This document shows, piece by piece, positions 1 through 13,600 of a DNA stretch of 64,000 nt. The notes under the pieces were generated by a model. That model was not told where the DNA came from. It did not search any database and saw only the letters and a program-made list of their open reading frames with translations. The translations under genes and the position numbers were made by a program. Origin of the DNA: Okamejei kenojei (lineage: Eukaryota); the NCBI GenBank assembly GCA_035221665.1, contig CM069132.1:163742001-163806000 (forward strand), read 5' to 3'. Each line of letters starts with the position of its first letter. The first letter of the stretch is position 1.

Positions 1-2350
1 AGTTTATCATCCCCACTAATAAAGCTACTGCTATATCAGAAGAGTGCCACAATCTTGCTTGCGCCAGGGTATCGACCATGTGGCAAACAGCGAAAGTTAT
101 TGGTATTGGTAACTCTAAATTGGTAACTACATTCCCAGCTGCACGATTCGGACCGCTACACTACCGAAATTCGCAAAGGTCACAAATCACAGCATTTAAA
201 AAACAAATGCTGGCTGCTTTGATCGGCCACTTTGGTTACCACCGGAAGCTAGAAACAAGCTATAATGGTGGGTAGATAATATTAAAGAATGTCATTGACC
301 TATTATATGGAGCAACCCTGATGTTGTGATACTAACTGACGCAAGTGCACCAGGCTGGGGAGCAACTGGTACGATGTCCAGTTGTGGTGGCAGATGGAAC
401 TCTCATGAGTCTACATTCCTGGAGTCACATGGGATAAACTATATAGGAAATGCTGGGGTATTTCATGGACTGGCGGGCTTCTGTACTAATTCATGGATTA
501 CATGTCCGCTTTCGAATAGATAATGCTACAATAAGGGTTTACACATCAATCATATGGGTAGTATAGGTCGCTAGTTTGCAATGAATTGGCTAATACAATT
601 TGGCACTGGTGCATTGAAAGAAATATTTGGATTACTGCGACCTATTTGCCTGGGAAGCTTAATTTCAGTGGCGGACACCAGGTCACGTGTCTTCAATGAC
701 AACATTGAGTGGATTTTGAACCCCCAGATTTTGGAGATATTAAGCTCAAATTGGGGACACCAGATATTGACCTATTTGCGTCCAGGCTGAACCATCGAAT
801 ACCAACGTATGTGTTGTGGGAACCAGAACCCTGGGGTAATAGCATTGGATGCATTTTATCCATTGGGGGAAATGGGTTGCTACGCGTTTCCCCCATGCTG
901 CCTCACCAGTCGGGTATTGCAGAAAATTAAACTAACTCTGCAACTGACATATTGATCATTCCCGACTGGCCTACACAACCATGGTACCCGATGGTTTGTA
1001 GAAATGTACAACAACCATGGATGGCGATTGGGAAACATCCCAAATTGATTACTCACTCCATTACAAGGGGGTCATCATCCTTGCCATGGTCATTAAACTT
1101 GTTGGCTTGCAGGTTCTGAAAAGACCGCTCAACCGGGCAGGCATCTCGTCAAGACATGAACCTTATTGCAGCATCGTGTCGGGAATCCACCCGCAAACAA
1201 TATCTCACTCAAATCAGAAAGTGGGAGGTTTCTGTGCCCGGAACAACAAGTCCTCCAACTCGGCAACAATACTGGATGTGTTGGAGTTTCTAGCAGGCCT
1301 CCATTTTGATGCAGGCCTCAGCTACAGTGCCATCAACAGCGACAGGAGTACGCTGTATTCATACCTGGATATAAGTATCAGCTCCCACCACCTGGTGTCT
1401 AAACTAATGAGGGGAGTATTCAATACCAATCCCTCCACGACCCAGATATACAGTAACGTGGGATGTGGGGTCATGCTGACCCTACTGAGGAGCTGGGCTC
1501 CAATAGATGAGCTACCATTTGAAACAGCTCACCCTTAAGGTGGTGATGCTCATGGCACTGGCGACAGCCCAACGAGCCCAGATGTTACAAAAACTGCGAC
1601 TGGACACCATGGTGGCCAACCCTGGTCAAATAAAATTCTTTGGTAAAGAGTTATAAAAACAGGAGTTGCTACTAACGTTTTTTTTAAGTCTTATTCCACC
1701 AGGGCTGCAGCGAGAGCCATGAAGGTGCCCATGGACCACATTTTCGCCACTGCGGGCTGGGCCAGTGGGGGAAAAACCTTTCAACGGTTCTATAACAAGT
1801 CTCTGGCCGTTCCTGCGACATTCGCAGAAGCTATCCTGGGTACCGCTCAGTAAATGTCTGGCCCCGAATTAGGGGTTGTTGTTTAGTTGATTAATAAATT
1901 GTGTTGATTTTTCAGCCGCTGTCAACTGAACTCCATTAACAGTCTTACTCCATCAGAATGGCGGCAGTGTGATAAGCATGGACGTTGTTCAGGGCGTGAA
2001 ATCACAGAGCTTTGAAATCTTCACGAAGTCACTCACATGACTCCGAAGTAAAATAGTAAGATTAAACGAGAACTTACCAAGTTTGAAGTTTGGTCTGTAT
2101 TTTACGAGGAGTCGCGGTGAGGGATTTCGTGCCCACCGCTCCCACCCTCTATCATCAGGTCAAACAGGTAGTTCTACGGTTTTCATCTTACTATTTTCAG
2201 TCATGGTTGGTTCTGTGATTCCACACCGCTGCTTTGAAGGATGCTGCGCAGGCGTGCTGGCGGGTTCTTCACGAAATCCCTCACCGCGACTCCTCGTAAA
2301 ATACAGATCAAACTTCAAACTTGGTAAGTTCTCGTTTAATCTTACTATTT
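1..2350 (+). mobile_element. DIRS1-type (tyrosine recombinase) retrotransposon, 3' part, degenerate
   Basis: Frameshifted ORF pieces give RNase H (LTDASAPGWGA, 326-523), the DIRS methyltransferase-like motif (PDIDLFASRLNHRIPTY, 709-930) and tyrosine recombinase (LEFLAGLHFDAGLSYSAINS, 1017-1538; YSTRAAA and FQRFYNK near 1690-1800). An internal complementary region at ~2050-2131 is inverted relative to the terminus at ~2270-2350. Confidence 0.85.
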
Positions 2351-5300
2351 TGTGTTTGAGGATCTGAGTTGGAGTTTGAGAGTTTGAGTTTGAGAATTTG
2401 TGTTTGAGAATTTGAGTTTGTGCGTTTGAGTTTGAGAATTTGAGTTTTTGAGTTTGAGTTTGAGTGTTTGTGTTTGAGTTTGAGTTTGAAATTTAGTGTT
2501 TGAGTTTGAGAGTTTGAGTTTGAGAGTTTGAGTGTGAGTGTGTGAGTTTGAGGGTCTGAATGAGAGTTTGAGTTTGAGTGTTTGAGTTTAATTGTGTGAG
2601 TTTGAGGGTTTCAGAGATTGACTTTGAGAGTTTGAGTTTGAGAGTTTGAGAGTTTGAGTATGAGAGTTTGACTGAGAGTTTCAGTTTCAGAGTTTCAGTT
2701 TGCGTGTTTGAGTTTGAGAATTAAACGAGAACTTGGTAAGTTCTCGTTTAATCTTACTATTTTGTGTTTGAGGATCTGAGTTGGAGTTTGAGAGTTTGAG
2801 TTTGAGAATTTGTGTTTGAGAATTTGAGTTTGTGCGTTTGAGTTTGAGAATTTGAGTTTTTGAGTTTCAGAGTTTGAGTTTGCGTGTTTGAGTTTGAGTG
2901 TTTGAGAATTTGAGTTTGAGTGTTTGAGAGTTTGATTTTGAGAGTTTGACTGAGAGTTTGTGTTTGCATGTTTGAGAGTTCCAATGAGTTTGAGAGTTTG
3001 AGTTTGAGAGTTTGAGTATTTGAGAGTTTGACTTTGAGTGTTTGAGTGAGTGTTTGAGTGTTTGAGTTGGAGTGTTTGTGTGAGAGTTTCAGATTTTGAG
3101 TTTGAGTGTTTGAGTTTGAGTGTTTGAGTGTTTGTGAGAGAGTTCAGATTTTGAGTTTGAGTGTTTGAGTTTGAGTGTTTGAGAGTGATTTTGAGAGTTT
3201 TGACTGAGAGTTTGAGTTTGCGTGTTTGAGAGTTCGAGTGATTTTGAGAGTTTGAGTTTTGAGAGTTTGAGAGTTTGAGTTGAGAGTTTTGAGTGTTTGA
3301 GAGTTTGAGTTTTGAGAGTTTGAGTTTTGAGAGTTTGAGTTTGAGAGTTTGACTTTGAAGTTTGAGTTTCAGAGTTTGAGTTTGCGTGTTTGTGTTTGAG
3401 TGTTTGAGAATTTGAGTTTGAGTGTTTTGAGAGTTTGATTTTGAGAGTTTGACTTTGAGAGTTTGAGTTTGCGTGTTTGAGAGTTTGAATGAGTTTGAGA
3501 GTTTGAGTTTGAAAGTTTGAGAGTTTGAGTTTGAGTTTGAGAGTTTGAGTATTTGGGAGTTTGAGTTTGAGTTTGAGTGTTTTGAGTTTTGAGTGTTTGA
3601 GTGTTTGAGTTTGAGTAGAGAGTTTCAGATTTTGAGTTTGAGTGTTTGAGTTTTGAGTTTGAGTGTTTGAGTGTTTGAGTTTCAGTGTTTGCGTGAGAGT
3701 TTCAGATATTGAGTTTGAGAGTTTGAATTTGAGAGTTTGCGTTAAGAGTTTGAGTTTGAGAGTTTGAGTGTTTCAGTGTTTGAGAGTTTCAGAGATTGAG
3801 TTTGAGAGTTTCAGAATTTGTGTTTGAGAGTTTTAGAGTTTGACTTTGAGAGTTTAAGTTTCAGAGGTTGAGTTTGAGTGTATGAGAATTTATGTTTGAG
3901 AGTTTGAGAGTTTGAGTTTGAGAGTTTGAGTTTGACAGTTTGCGAGTTTGAGTTTGACAGTTTGAGTTTGAGAGTGAGAATGTTTGAGTTTGAGAGTTTG
4001 AGAGTTTAAGGGTTTGAGAGAGTTTGTGAGAGTTTGTGAGAGTTAGTGAGAGTTAGTGAGAGTTAGGGAGAGTTGGTGCGAGTTAGTGCAAGTTAGTGAG
4101 AGTTAGTGAGAGTGAGAGTGAGATTGAGATTTTGAATTTGAGTGTCTGAGTTTGAAAGTTAGAGTTTGAGAGTTTGTGAGAGTTTGAGTTTGAGTGTGAG
4201 TGAGAGTTTCAGAGATTGAGTTTGAGAGTGAGATTTTGAGTTTGAGTATGAGAGTTTGAGAGTTTGAGAGTGAGTTTGAGAGTTGAGTTTGAGAGTTTGA
4301 GTGTGAGAGTGTTTTAGTGTGAGAGTGTGAGAGTATGTGAGTGTGTGAGTGTGTGAGTTTTAGTTTGAGAGTTTGAGTTTGAGAGTATGAGCTTGAGAGT
4401 TTGAGTTTGAGTGTTTGAGTTTGAGAGTTTGATAGTTTGCGAGTTTGAGAGTTTAAGATTGAGTTTGACAGATTAACAGTTTGACAGTTTGAGTTTTTGA
4501 GTTTTTGAAGTTTTTAGTTTGAGAGTTTGAGTGAGTTTGATTATGGGAGTTTGAGTTTGAGTGAGAGTCTGTGTGAGTTTTTATTTGAGGGTCTGAATTT
4601 GAGAGTTTGATAAATTTGAGTTTGAGGGCTTCAGAGATTGAGTTTGAGAATTTTGTGAGTTTGAGTGAGAGTTTGAGTATGCGAGTGAGAGTTTGAGAGT
4701 TTGAGTTTGCGTGTTTGAGTTTGAGTGTTTGAGAATTTGAGTTTGAGAGTTTGAGAGTTTGGTTTTGAGAGTTTGACTGAGAGTTTGTGTTTGCATGTTT
4801 GAGTGTTTGAGTGTTTGAGTTTGAGTGTTTGTGTGAGAGTTTCAGATTTTGAGTTTGAGTTTGAGTGTTTGAGTTTTAGTGTTTCCGTGAGAGTTTCAGA
4901 TTTTGAGTTTGAGAGTTTGAGTTTGAGTTTGTGAGTTAAGAGTTTTAGTTTGAGAAATTGAGTGTTTGAGTGTTTGAGAGTTTCAGAGATTGAGTTTGAA
5001 AGTTTCATAGTTTACGTTTGAGAGTTTGACTTTGAGAGTTTGAGTTTGCGTGTTTGAGTTTGAGTGTTTGAGAATTTGAGTTTGAGAGTTTGAGAGTTTG
5101 GTTTTGAGAGTTTGACTTTGAGAGTTTGTGTTTGCATGTTTGAATGTTTGAGTGTTTGAGTGTTTGAGTTTGAGTGTTTGTGTGAGAGTTTCAGATTTTG
5201 AGTTTGTGCTTGAGTTTGAGGGTTTCAGAGATTGAGTTTGAGAGTTTGCGTTTGAGAGTTTGAGTTTGAGAGTTTGATTTTGTGAGTTTGAGTTTCAGAG

Positions 5301-5674
5301 TTTGAGTTTGCATGTTTGAGTTTGTGTGTTTGAGAATTTGAGTTTGAGAGTTTGAGAGTTTGATTTTGAGAGTTTGACTTTGATAGTTTGAGTTTGAGAG
5401 TTTGAGCGTTTGAGTGAGAGTTTGAGTGTTTGAGTTTGTGAGTGAGAGTTTGAGATTGAGTTTGACAGTTTGAGTTTGACAGTTTGAATTTTAGAGTTTG
5501 AGTTTGAGTTTGAGAGTGTGAGTGTGTGAGAGTTTGAGAGAGAGTTTGAGAGTTTGAGAGTTTGAGATTGAGAGTGAGAGTGAGAGTGAGAGTGAGATTG
5601 AGATTGAGGTTGAGGTTGAGGTTGAGGTTGAGGTTGAGGTTGAGGTTGAGGTTGAGGTTGAGGGTGAGGGTGAG

Positions 5675-5707
<33 letters not shown>

Positions 5708-7027
5708 AGGTGAGGGTGAGATTTTGTGTTTGAGGTTCTGAGTTGGAGTTTGAGAGTTTGAGTTTGAGAGTTTGTGTTTGAGAATTTGAGTTTGTGCGTT
5801 TGAGTTTGAGAATTTGAGTTTTTGAGTTTGAGTGTTTGAGTTTGATTGTTTGAGTTTGAGTGTTTGTGTTTGAGTGTTTGAGTTTGAGATTGAGTGTTTG
5901 AGTTTGAGAGTTTGAGTTTGAGAGTTTGAGTGTGAGAGTGTGTGAGTGTGTGAGTGTGTTACTGTGTGAATGTTTGAGTTTTAGTTTGAGAGTTTGAGTT
6001 TGAGTGTTTGAGTTAAGAGTTTGAGTTTGAGAGTGAGGGTTTGAGTGTTTGAGAGTTTCAGAGATTGAGTTTGAGAGTTTCAGAATTTGTGTTTGAGAGT
6101 TTAAGAGTTTGACTTTGATAGTTTGAGTTTCAGAGTTTGAGTTTGAGTGTTTGAGAATTTGAGTTTGAGAGTTTGAGAGTTAGAGTTTGAGTGTTTGAGA
6201 GTTTTGAGTGAGAGTTTGAGTTTGAGTGTGAGTGAGAGTTTCTGAGATTGAGTTTGAGTGTGAGAGTTTGAGTTTGAGTATGAGAGTTTGAGAGTTTGAG
6301 AGTTTGAGTTTGTGAGTGTGAGAGTGTTTGGGTGTGAGAGTGTGTGAGTGTGTGAGTTTTAGTTTGAGAGTTTGGGTTTGAGAGTATGAGTTTGAGAGTT
6401 TGAGTTTGAGTTTGAGTGTTTGAGTTTGATAGTTTGTGAGTTTGAGAGTTTGTTAGAGTTAGTTCGAGTGAGAATTTGAGAGTTTGTGAAAGTTTGAGTT
6501 TGAGAGTTTGAGTGAGTGAGTTTGAGTGAGTTTGAGTTTGAGAGTTTGAGTTTGAGTGAGAGTTTGAGAGTTTGAGAGTTTGAGATTGAGTTTGACAGTT
6601 TGAGAGTTTGACAGTTTGAGTTTTTGAGTTTTTTATTTTTTATTTTTTTAGTTTGAGAGTTTGAGTGTTTGAGTGAGTTTGATTATGAGAGTTTGAGTTT
6701 GAGTGAGAGTTTGTGTGAGTTTGAGGGTCTGAATGAGAGTTTGAGAGTTTGAGTTTGAGTGTTTGAGTTTGATTGTTTGAGTTTGAGGGTTTCAGAGATT
6801 GAGTTTGAGAGTTTGAGTTTGAGAGTTTTAGAGTTTGAGTATGAGAGTTTGACTTTGAGAGTTTGTTTCAGAGTTTGAGTTTGCGTGTTTGGGTTTGAGT
6901 GTTTGAGAATTTGAGTTTGAGAGTTTGATTTTGTGTGTTTGACTTTGAGAGTTTGAGTTTGCGTGTTTGAGAGTTCGAGTGAGTTTGAGAGTTTGAGTTT
7001 GAGAGTTTGAGAGTTTGAGTTTGAGAT
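2351..7027. repeat. Strand-biased satellite of mixed GAGTTT / GAGAGTTT / GAGTGTTT units, with GTTAGTGAGA (~4040-4110) and GAGGTT/GAGGGT (~5605-5720) sub-blocks
   Basis: Directly visible tandem 6-8 bp units, nearly C-free on the + strand, with higher-order reiterated blocks. Confidence 0.97.
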
Positions 7028-7879
7028 TTATTCACATTTATTCTATTAATTAACATTAAAAATATGTTGGTCAGGGAAATACAAAATAGAATATCAATAA
7101 CCAAAAATATGGTGTTTTACTGGCGTTTCTCACACAGATATTCAAACAACACCACTCAATAAATCAATCTTTTTATAGCACCTTTGAGTATTAATTACTG
7201 TGTGGGCCCACACACTCACTCACACAAGTCAGCAACATGAAAACAAAACAAGAATAACCCCGCGTTGCAGGCCTGGTCGAAGCTGTAGAGCGTCGCGGCC
7301 AAATACAGTTGAAGCCGACAAGTGCACAGTGCAGAAGCTCACAAGATGGTGGGCGAATGGTGAGTTGCTGGCGAGTCTCCCCGTAATCACAAAGTCCAGA
7401 CAGCGACAGTCTTTATTAAAGTCTTAATCTTACCTCACCACGAGGAAAGATATTTAAGCTGTTTACTGACCGAGTAGGACAGTCATAACTTAGTTTTCTC
7501 ATCCTCTGTTCTTCACATGTCTCTCTCTCCTCCTGCCCAGGACTTCTTCTGTCCATCTTCTCCTCACCAATCCCCACAAATTCTTAAGCTCCCGCCCCCA
7601 AACCAATCACCACACAGTTAAAATTATCTAACTCATTATCAACAAATCAAATGCATTTAAATCCATCCACACAGGCTGCACGCTGGTCACCACACATGTT
7701 CACCAGGTACACAGCAGAAAAATATTTAAAGGGGCAATAGCACATATCAATGTGAACCAGCTAATGACATCAAACACCTATTCACAGCAAACTTATATAA
7801 AGTTCTTAATAAGAAAAACTAATGAAATAGTCATGGATATGAAGTTACACAGGGCTACACCTACTTGACAACAAGCTTG

Positions 7880-8240
7880 GAATATCGCCACTGATCCAAA
7901 TGTCACTCCTGTGGTCCGAGCTCCACACTGTATTCCACATGCCATGCGTGACAGAGTCTACACTGAGCTCCAGCGGATGGTGTCCCTGGGTGTCGTTGCT
8001 ACGGTCACTGACCCGTCCGACTGGGTTTCCACCACGGTGGTTGCAACAAGGAAAAACAAGGAAGAAATACGAATCTGCATCAACCCTAGAGACCTCAACA
8101 CAGCGATCAGACGCCCGCACTACCCGATGAGAACAGTAAAGGACGTTGCTGCTCAGATAGGCAGTGCATCTGTTCTGTTCTGGATGCCAAAAGTTTGTTT
8201 TGGCAGATCCTGCTGGACCCCGACTCGTCCAACCTCACCT
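7880..8240 (+). mobile_element. Gypsy/Ty3 reverse transcriptase N-terminal fragment
   Basis: ORF 7911-8276 contains PSDWVS...IRICINPRDLNTAIRRPHYPMRTV, a typical Gypsy RT N-terminal motif. Confidence 0.8.
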
Positions 8241-10290
8241 CATCTCCGTTCTAAATGGCTTACTCCTTATTCTTAAACTGTGGCCCCTGATTCTGGACTC
8301 CCCCAACATCTGGAACATGTTTCCTGCCTCTAGCGTGTCCCTCTCATCCTTCTAAACTCCAGAGTGTACAAGCCCAGCTGCTCCATTCTCTCAACATATG
8401 ACAGTCCCGCCATCCCGGGAATTAACCTTGTAAACCTACGCTGCACTCCCTCAATAGCAAGAATGTCTTTCCTCAAATTAGGGGACCAAAACTGCACACA
8501 ATACTCCAGGTGTGGTCTCACTCGGGCTCTGTACAACTGCAGGACCTCTTTGCTCCTATATTCGATTCCTCTTGTTATAAAGGCCAACATGCCATTCGCT
8601 TTCTTCACTGCCTGCTGTACCTGCATGCTTACTTTTATAGACTGATGTGCAAGGATCCCCAGATCCCGTTGTACTTCCCCTTTTCCCAACTTGACACCAT
8701 TTAGATAGCAATCTACCTTCCTGTTTTTGCTACCAAAGTGGATAACCTCACATTTATCCGCATTAAACTTCATCTGCCTTGCATCTGCCCGCTCCCCCAA
8801 CCTGTTCAAGTCACCCTGCATTCTCATAGCATCTTCCTCACAGTTCACACTGCCACCCAGCTTTATGTCATCTGCAAACTTGCTAATGTTACTTTGAATC
8901 CCTTCATCCAAATCATTGATATATATTGTAAATAGCTGCGGTCCCAGCACTGAGCCTTGCGGTACCCCACTAGTCACTGCCTGCCATTCTGAAAGGGACC
9001 CGTTAATCCCTACTCTTTGTTTCCTGTCTGCCAACCACTTCTCTATCCATGTCGGCACTCTACCCCCCAATACATGTGCCCTAGTTTTGCCCACTAATCT
9101 CCTATGTGGGACCTTATCAAATGCTTTCTGAAAGTCCAGGTACCCTACACCCACTGGCTCTCCCTTGTCCATTTTCGTAGTTACATCTTCAAAAAATTCC
9201 AGAAGATTAGTCAAGCATGATTTCCCCTTCGTAAATCCATGCTGACTCGGACCGATCCTGTTACAGCTATCCAAATGTTCGGCTATTTCATCTATTTCTA
9301 TCCAACACAATTTCCTGCCTAATATGGATTTCCTTCAGTTTCTCCGTCACCCCAGATCCTCTGGCCACTGCTATATCAGGAAGATTGTTTGTGTCCTCCT
9401 TAGTGAACACAGATCCAAGTACCTGTTCAACTCATCTGCCATTTTCTTGTTCCCCATAATAAATTCACCTTTTTTGGTCTTCAAGGGTCCAACTTTGGTC
9501 TTAATTAATTTGTTCTTCTTCACATACCTAAAGAAGCTTTTACTATCCTGCTTTATATTCTTGGCTAGCTTACCTTCATACCTCATCTTTTCTCCCCGTA
9601 TTGTCTTTTCAGTTATGTTCTGTTGTTCTTTAAACATTACGCAATCCTCTTGCTTCCTGCTTCTCTTTGCTACGTTGTACTTCTTTACTTTAATCTTTAT
9701 ACTGTCCCTGACGTCCCTTGTCAGCCATGGTCATCCCTTTCTCCCCTTGGAATCCTTCTTCCTCCTAGGAATGAACTGATCCTGCACCTTCTGTATTATT
9801 CCTAGAAACACCTGCCATTTTTGTTCCACTGTCATCCCTCCTAGTGTATATTTCCAGTCAACTTTGACCAGCTCCTCCCTCATGGCCCCTTAGTCCCCTT
9901 TATTCAACTGCAACAATGACACCTCTGATCTACCCTTCTCCCTCTCCATTTGTAGATTAAACCTAACCATGTTATGGTCACTGCCTCCTAATTAACCTTG
10001 AGGTTCTTTATCAAATCCAGTTCATTACATAGCACTAAATCCAGAATTGCCTTCTCCCTGGTAGGCTCCAATACAAGCTTTTCAAAGAATCCATCACGAA
10101 GGCACTCCACAAAGTCCCTTTCTTGGGGTCCAGTACCAACCTGATTTTCCCAGTCCACCTGCATGTTGAAATCTCCCATAACAACCACAGCATTCCTTTT
10201 GCTACATGCCAATTTAAACTCCTGCTTCAACTTGCACCCTATGTCCAGGCTACTGTTTGGGGGTCTGTAGATTAGTCCCACTAGGGTCTA
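8241..10290 (-). mobile_element. CR1 LINE ORF2 fragment (endonuclease end plus RT, internally deleted)
   Basis: ORFs 8330-9310 ([39 protein letters not shown]), 9371-9637 and 9988-10281 (YRPP, MGDFN, ILDLVL). Confidence 0.92.
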
Positions 10291-10625
10291 CCTACCAAGA
10301 CTGGACTTCTATAGGGGGGCCTCTATCCCTCCTCTCTAGGTTCTACAGAATTGGGGGTACCCTTCGCATTCGGATTACTTTTCACCAAGTATATCTGGTT
10401 TCCATCTCTCAGGTACTCTTCACTATCAGGTACTAATCAACAATCGACTGGAGGGTGACTATTCACTGTTGATCAGCCGCTATTCGGAATCGATCACGGA
10501 CATGCACCAACTCCGAAGTTCTATCTACAAGAATTCAAGTTCTACCTTGCAGGCAGAACTTCAATGTGAAATTCTGTATTTAGACATTTGACTCTACAAA
10601 TCTAGACCCGTTCTCGAACTCCTAG

Positions 10626-13600
10626 TTTTACTTAGGAGTCGCGTGAGTGACTACGTGAAGAAGCCCCGCCTGGAGCTTGATCGGCATTACGTCGACGCTG
10701 ACAGCAGAGCAAGAGCTGCAGAGCGCAGCTCCTCTCAGCGGTAGGTACGAGCCCGCAGGTAAGTATAGTTGAATTACTTACAGGGCATATCCAAACTCTG
10801 TGGCTGGCGTATAGAGCCACCAGGAGTTAAAAAGAAAACGGAATTTAAAAGCTAAAAATAAAAGTAAATACTCCGGGTGAAAAAACGGAGATTAAAAGTT
10901 TAAAAAAAAGAAAATACTCCAGGTGAAAAAACGGTTTAAAAAGCGTCCCAGGGAAAACTCAGCGATCGTGACGGCAGATTAGTGCGGAGCCGGTTCCGAT
11001 ACCGGTGGCTGTTAAAGTTACCGTTAGGGAGACTTTAGTTGTTCCACAAACTTTTGGCTATGAGAAAAACTCCAGTGGGGAGAAATTTTAAGAAGTTAGA
11101 GAGGCCATGATTTAAAAGTTCTAATAAAAAAGGCCTCCAGACAAAAAAGCTTCATGGCTTAGAATAAATTAATGGAGAAAGACTCCAAATTAAAAATTCA
11201 ACCAAAAGCGTTTAAAAATGGCCCAGAATATTCCCAAAAACAGACCCTGAGGGGTTTCCATATATTAATATATATGGTGGGATTTACCAATGTGGGAATA
11301 TCTACCTCAGATTGATTTGGAGGTAGTCTCCTTGAGGAAAAACTCAGGAGTAGCAGGGCAGTAAAAGAAAATGAAAAATACTGACCCTGAAGGTGCATTG
11401 ATATTGGTGGCTGGTCATAAAGTACCCACCACAGCACAAATATACATACAGGTGTACTAAGTACGATACCTGAATGAAGGAGTGAGGCCATGGAAGGGAA
11501 CCATGGTAACCAACATTAATTGGTATCTCACCAGCTTCATAAAGCAGTTATGGTTGAAACAGCAGAGTTATTGATAAAACATTTATGTTTTATTAAGGTA
11601 TCAACGGTGAATCCGATTACGGTACCCATGTCTCAATTATATGGAGACATAAGGAAATACGATTTCAAAGAATTTCAAGCTGGTGTGTGGCATCACTACT
11701 TATGTAAAACAAGTAAAACATTGTGCAATAACCAAAACATTTTAAATAAAAAGACAAATTGCCATTAGTTTGTGGAGCTCAATGGGATAAAAATATATTA
11801 TATATATATATATATATATATGACCATTTTTGCACCGTAGATTTGCAGGTCAATACAGATCAAGTTATGTTAAACTCCTGATTATTTATGGAATAAACCT
11901 GCCTCAGAATAAATCAAATACATTGATTACAAAGGAAAGACTATTGGTCATTAAACTTTGGCAAAATTATGATCCAATGTAAAGATTTGATAATGGATCA
12001 AACAGAGGCAGGAGTATGATAAATAAATATTTATCCAACACAGCCTTATGTGAACCCATATGGTTGGGGAGAGAAGGCTTCATGTACATTTGAAGAGGTG
12101 CAAAAACCTGTTACAGAAGAAGTTGATGAAATCTCCAATTGTGGGCGATTACAGGTGTGTTATGATCAATGATATGGCATAACAACGGATTGATTTTATT
12201 TTAATGTGTAAAGGATCTACAAAAAATTTGTAGAAGGAATTGGTTCACCTGTATAGGAAAACCTAAAAATTGATTTTAGGTTTGCACCCAAAATATCTCC
12301 AATAAAGAAGAGGTAAGCTAATTTGTATCATAAATTTCCCCAGGGAAAAGAAGATGTGGTGGTAAAGCCATACGAGACATCATTTTAAATACACTTTTAC
12401 AGTGTAAAAACATTTTATCAAAATGGACATCTTCAACACTGAAAAACAGTTGTTATTAACAAATTGTTAATCATTACTATAAGACTTGAAGGATGGTATT
12501 TAGTACCAATTTATTATCATATTTACAGGTGCTTGAAATTAATTAGATGGGTCAGCTGTTGCAAGTTAAGACATTGTCTAATGGATTAAACTCAGTTCTA
12601 GGTTGTTCACACAATTATTGGAACAGCAATTGCACTGATAGAAGATCAGCACTTGCACTAATGAGGACACATGGTCATGGTTTATCTTGATCACATTTTT
12701 GGTTCACAGGTTGATCAAAGGAGTCTGCAAATTAGTGCGGCAATTACAAGCCTGTTGAGAGGCAAGGGTCCTGACCCATCCAATAAAAACTATGTTTTAG
12801 GCATTCGTAAACATTCCTAAATTACTATTCTGGGTTTAGGAGTAATTCAGCACCATATGGGGGAAAACATTTTTCCGAGAAACAAAATGTCAATATTACA
12901 AATATGTCTCATTGCTTTGTTGACAAACTTTGTCCCTCCATCCGAGAAGGCGCTTAAGTAAAAGAGAAAAAAAAAAGCTCCAAAAAAGGGAAAACATAAG
13001 CATTATAAGAGTATGCAGGCCTTTTTGACAGGCCTATGCAATTACCAAAGGATACTTTATCAGAATTAAAGTGGTGGATAGAAAACAAGCTGCTTTAAAC
13101 ATATAAGCTTAGCAGCCGTTGCAAACTGAAGCAAGTATTCTCGGGTGATGGATAGCTTCTGTGATTATTTGGGCTAAGATATGTTTAATATCTATTCTTA
13201 TCAAGTTAATATTTGATTCAATTAAATTCAAATTTAATGTCATTGCACAGATACAAGTATGGGTACAACGAAATGCAGTTTAGTGTCAGTATGTAGTGAT
13301 AGCAATGTTTAGATAAATACAGATAAATAAATACAGATGTGGGAATCTATCGGCGGGACTCCGAGTTCAGCAGTGCGATGGTGTTATTGTAGAAGCTACG
13401 CCTCATCCTTCTGGTGCGGGACCTGAGGCTCCTGTACCACCTCCCCGATGGTAGGAGTGCAAACAGTCCATGGTTAGGGTGGGAGGGGTCCTTGATGATC
13501 TTCCCAGCCCATCTCAGACACCGTTTTCGGTGGAGGGCATCCAAAGCAGGGAGCGGGGCACCGATGATGTGCTGGGCGGTTTTCACCACCCGTTGTACTG

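Noticed and set aside
2757-7104. LKLSNSQTQT-type ORFs, and the idea that the array is a telomere or CRISPR
   Set aside because: These are satellite translations. There is no TTAGGG array and no repeat-spacer structure.
7090-7850. Possible solo LTR between the satellite and the Gypsy fragment
   Set aside because: It has LTR-like composition and poly(A)-like motifs, but no partner LTR, PBS or TSD could be identified.
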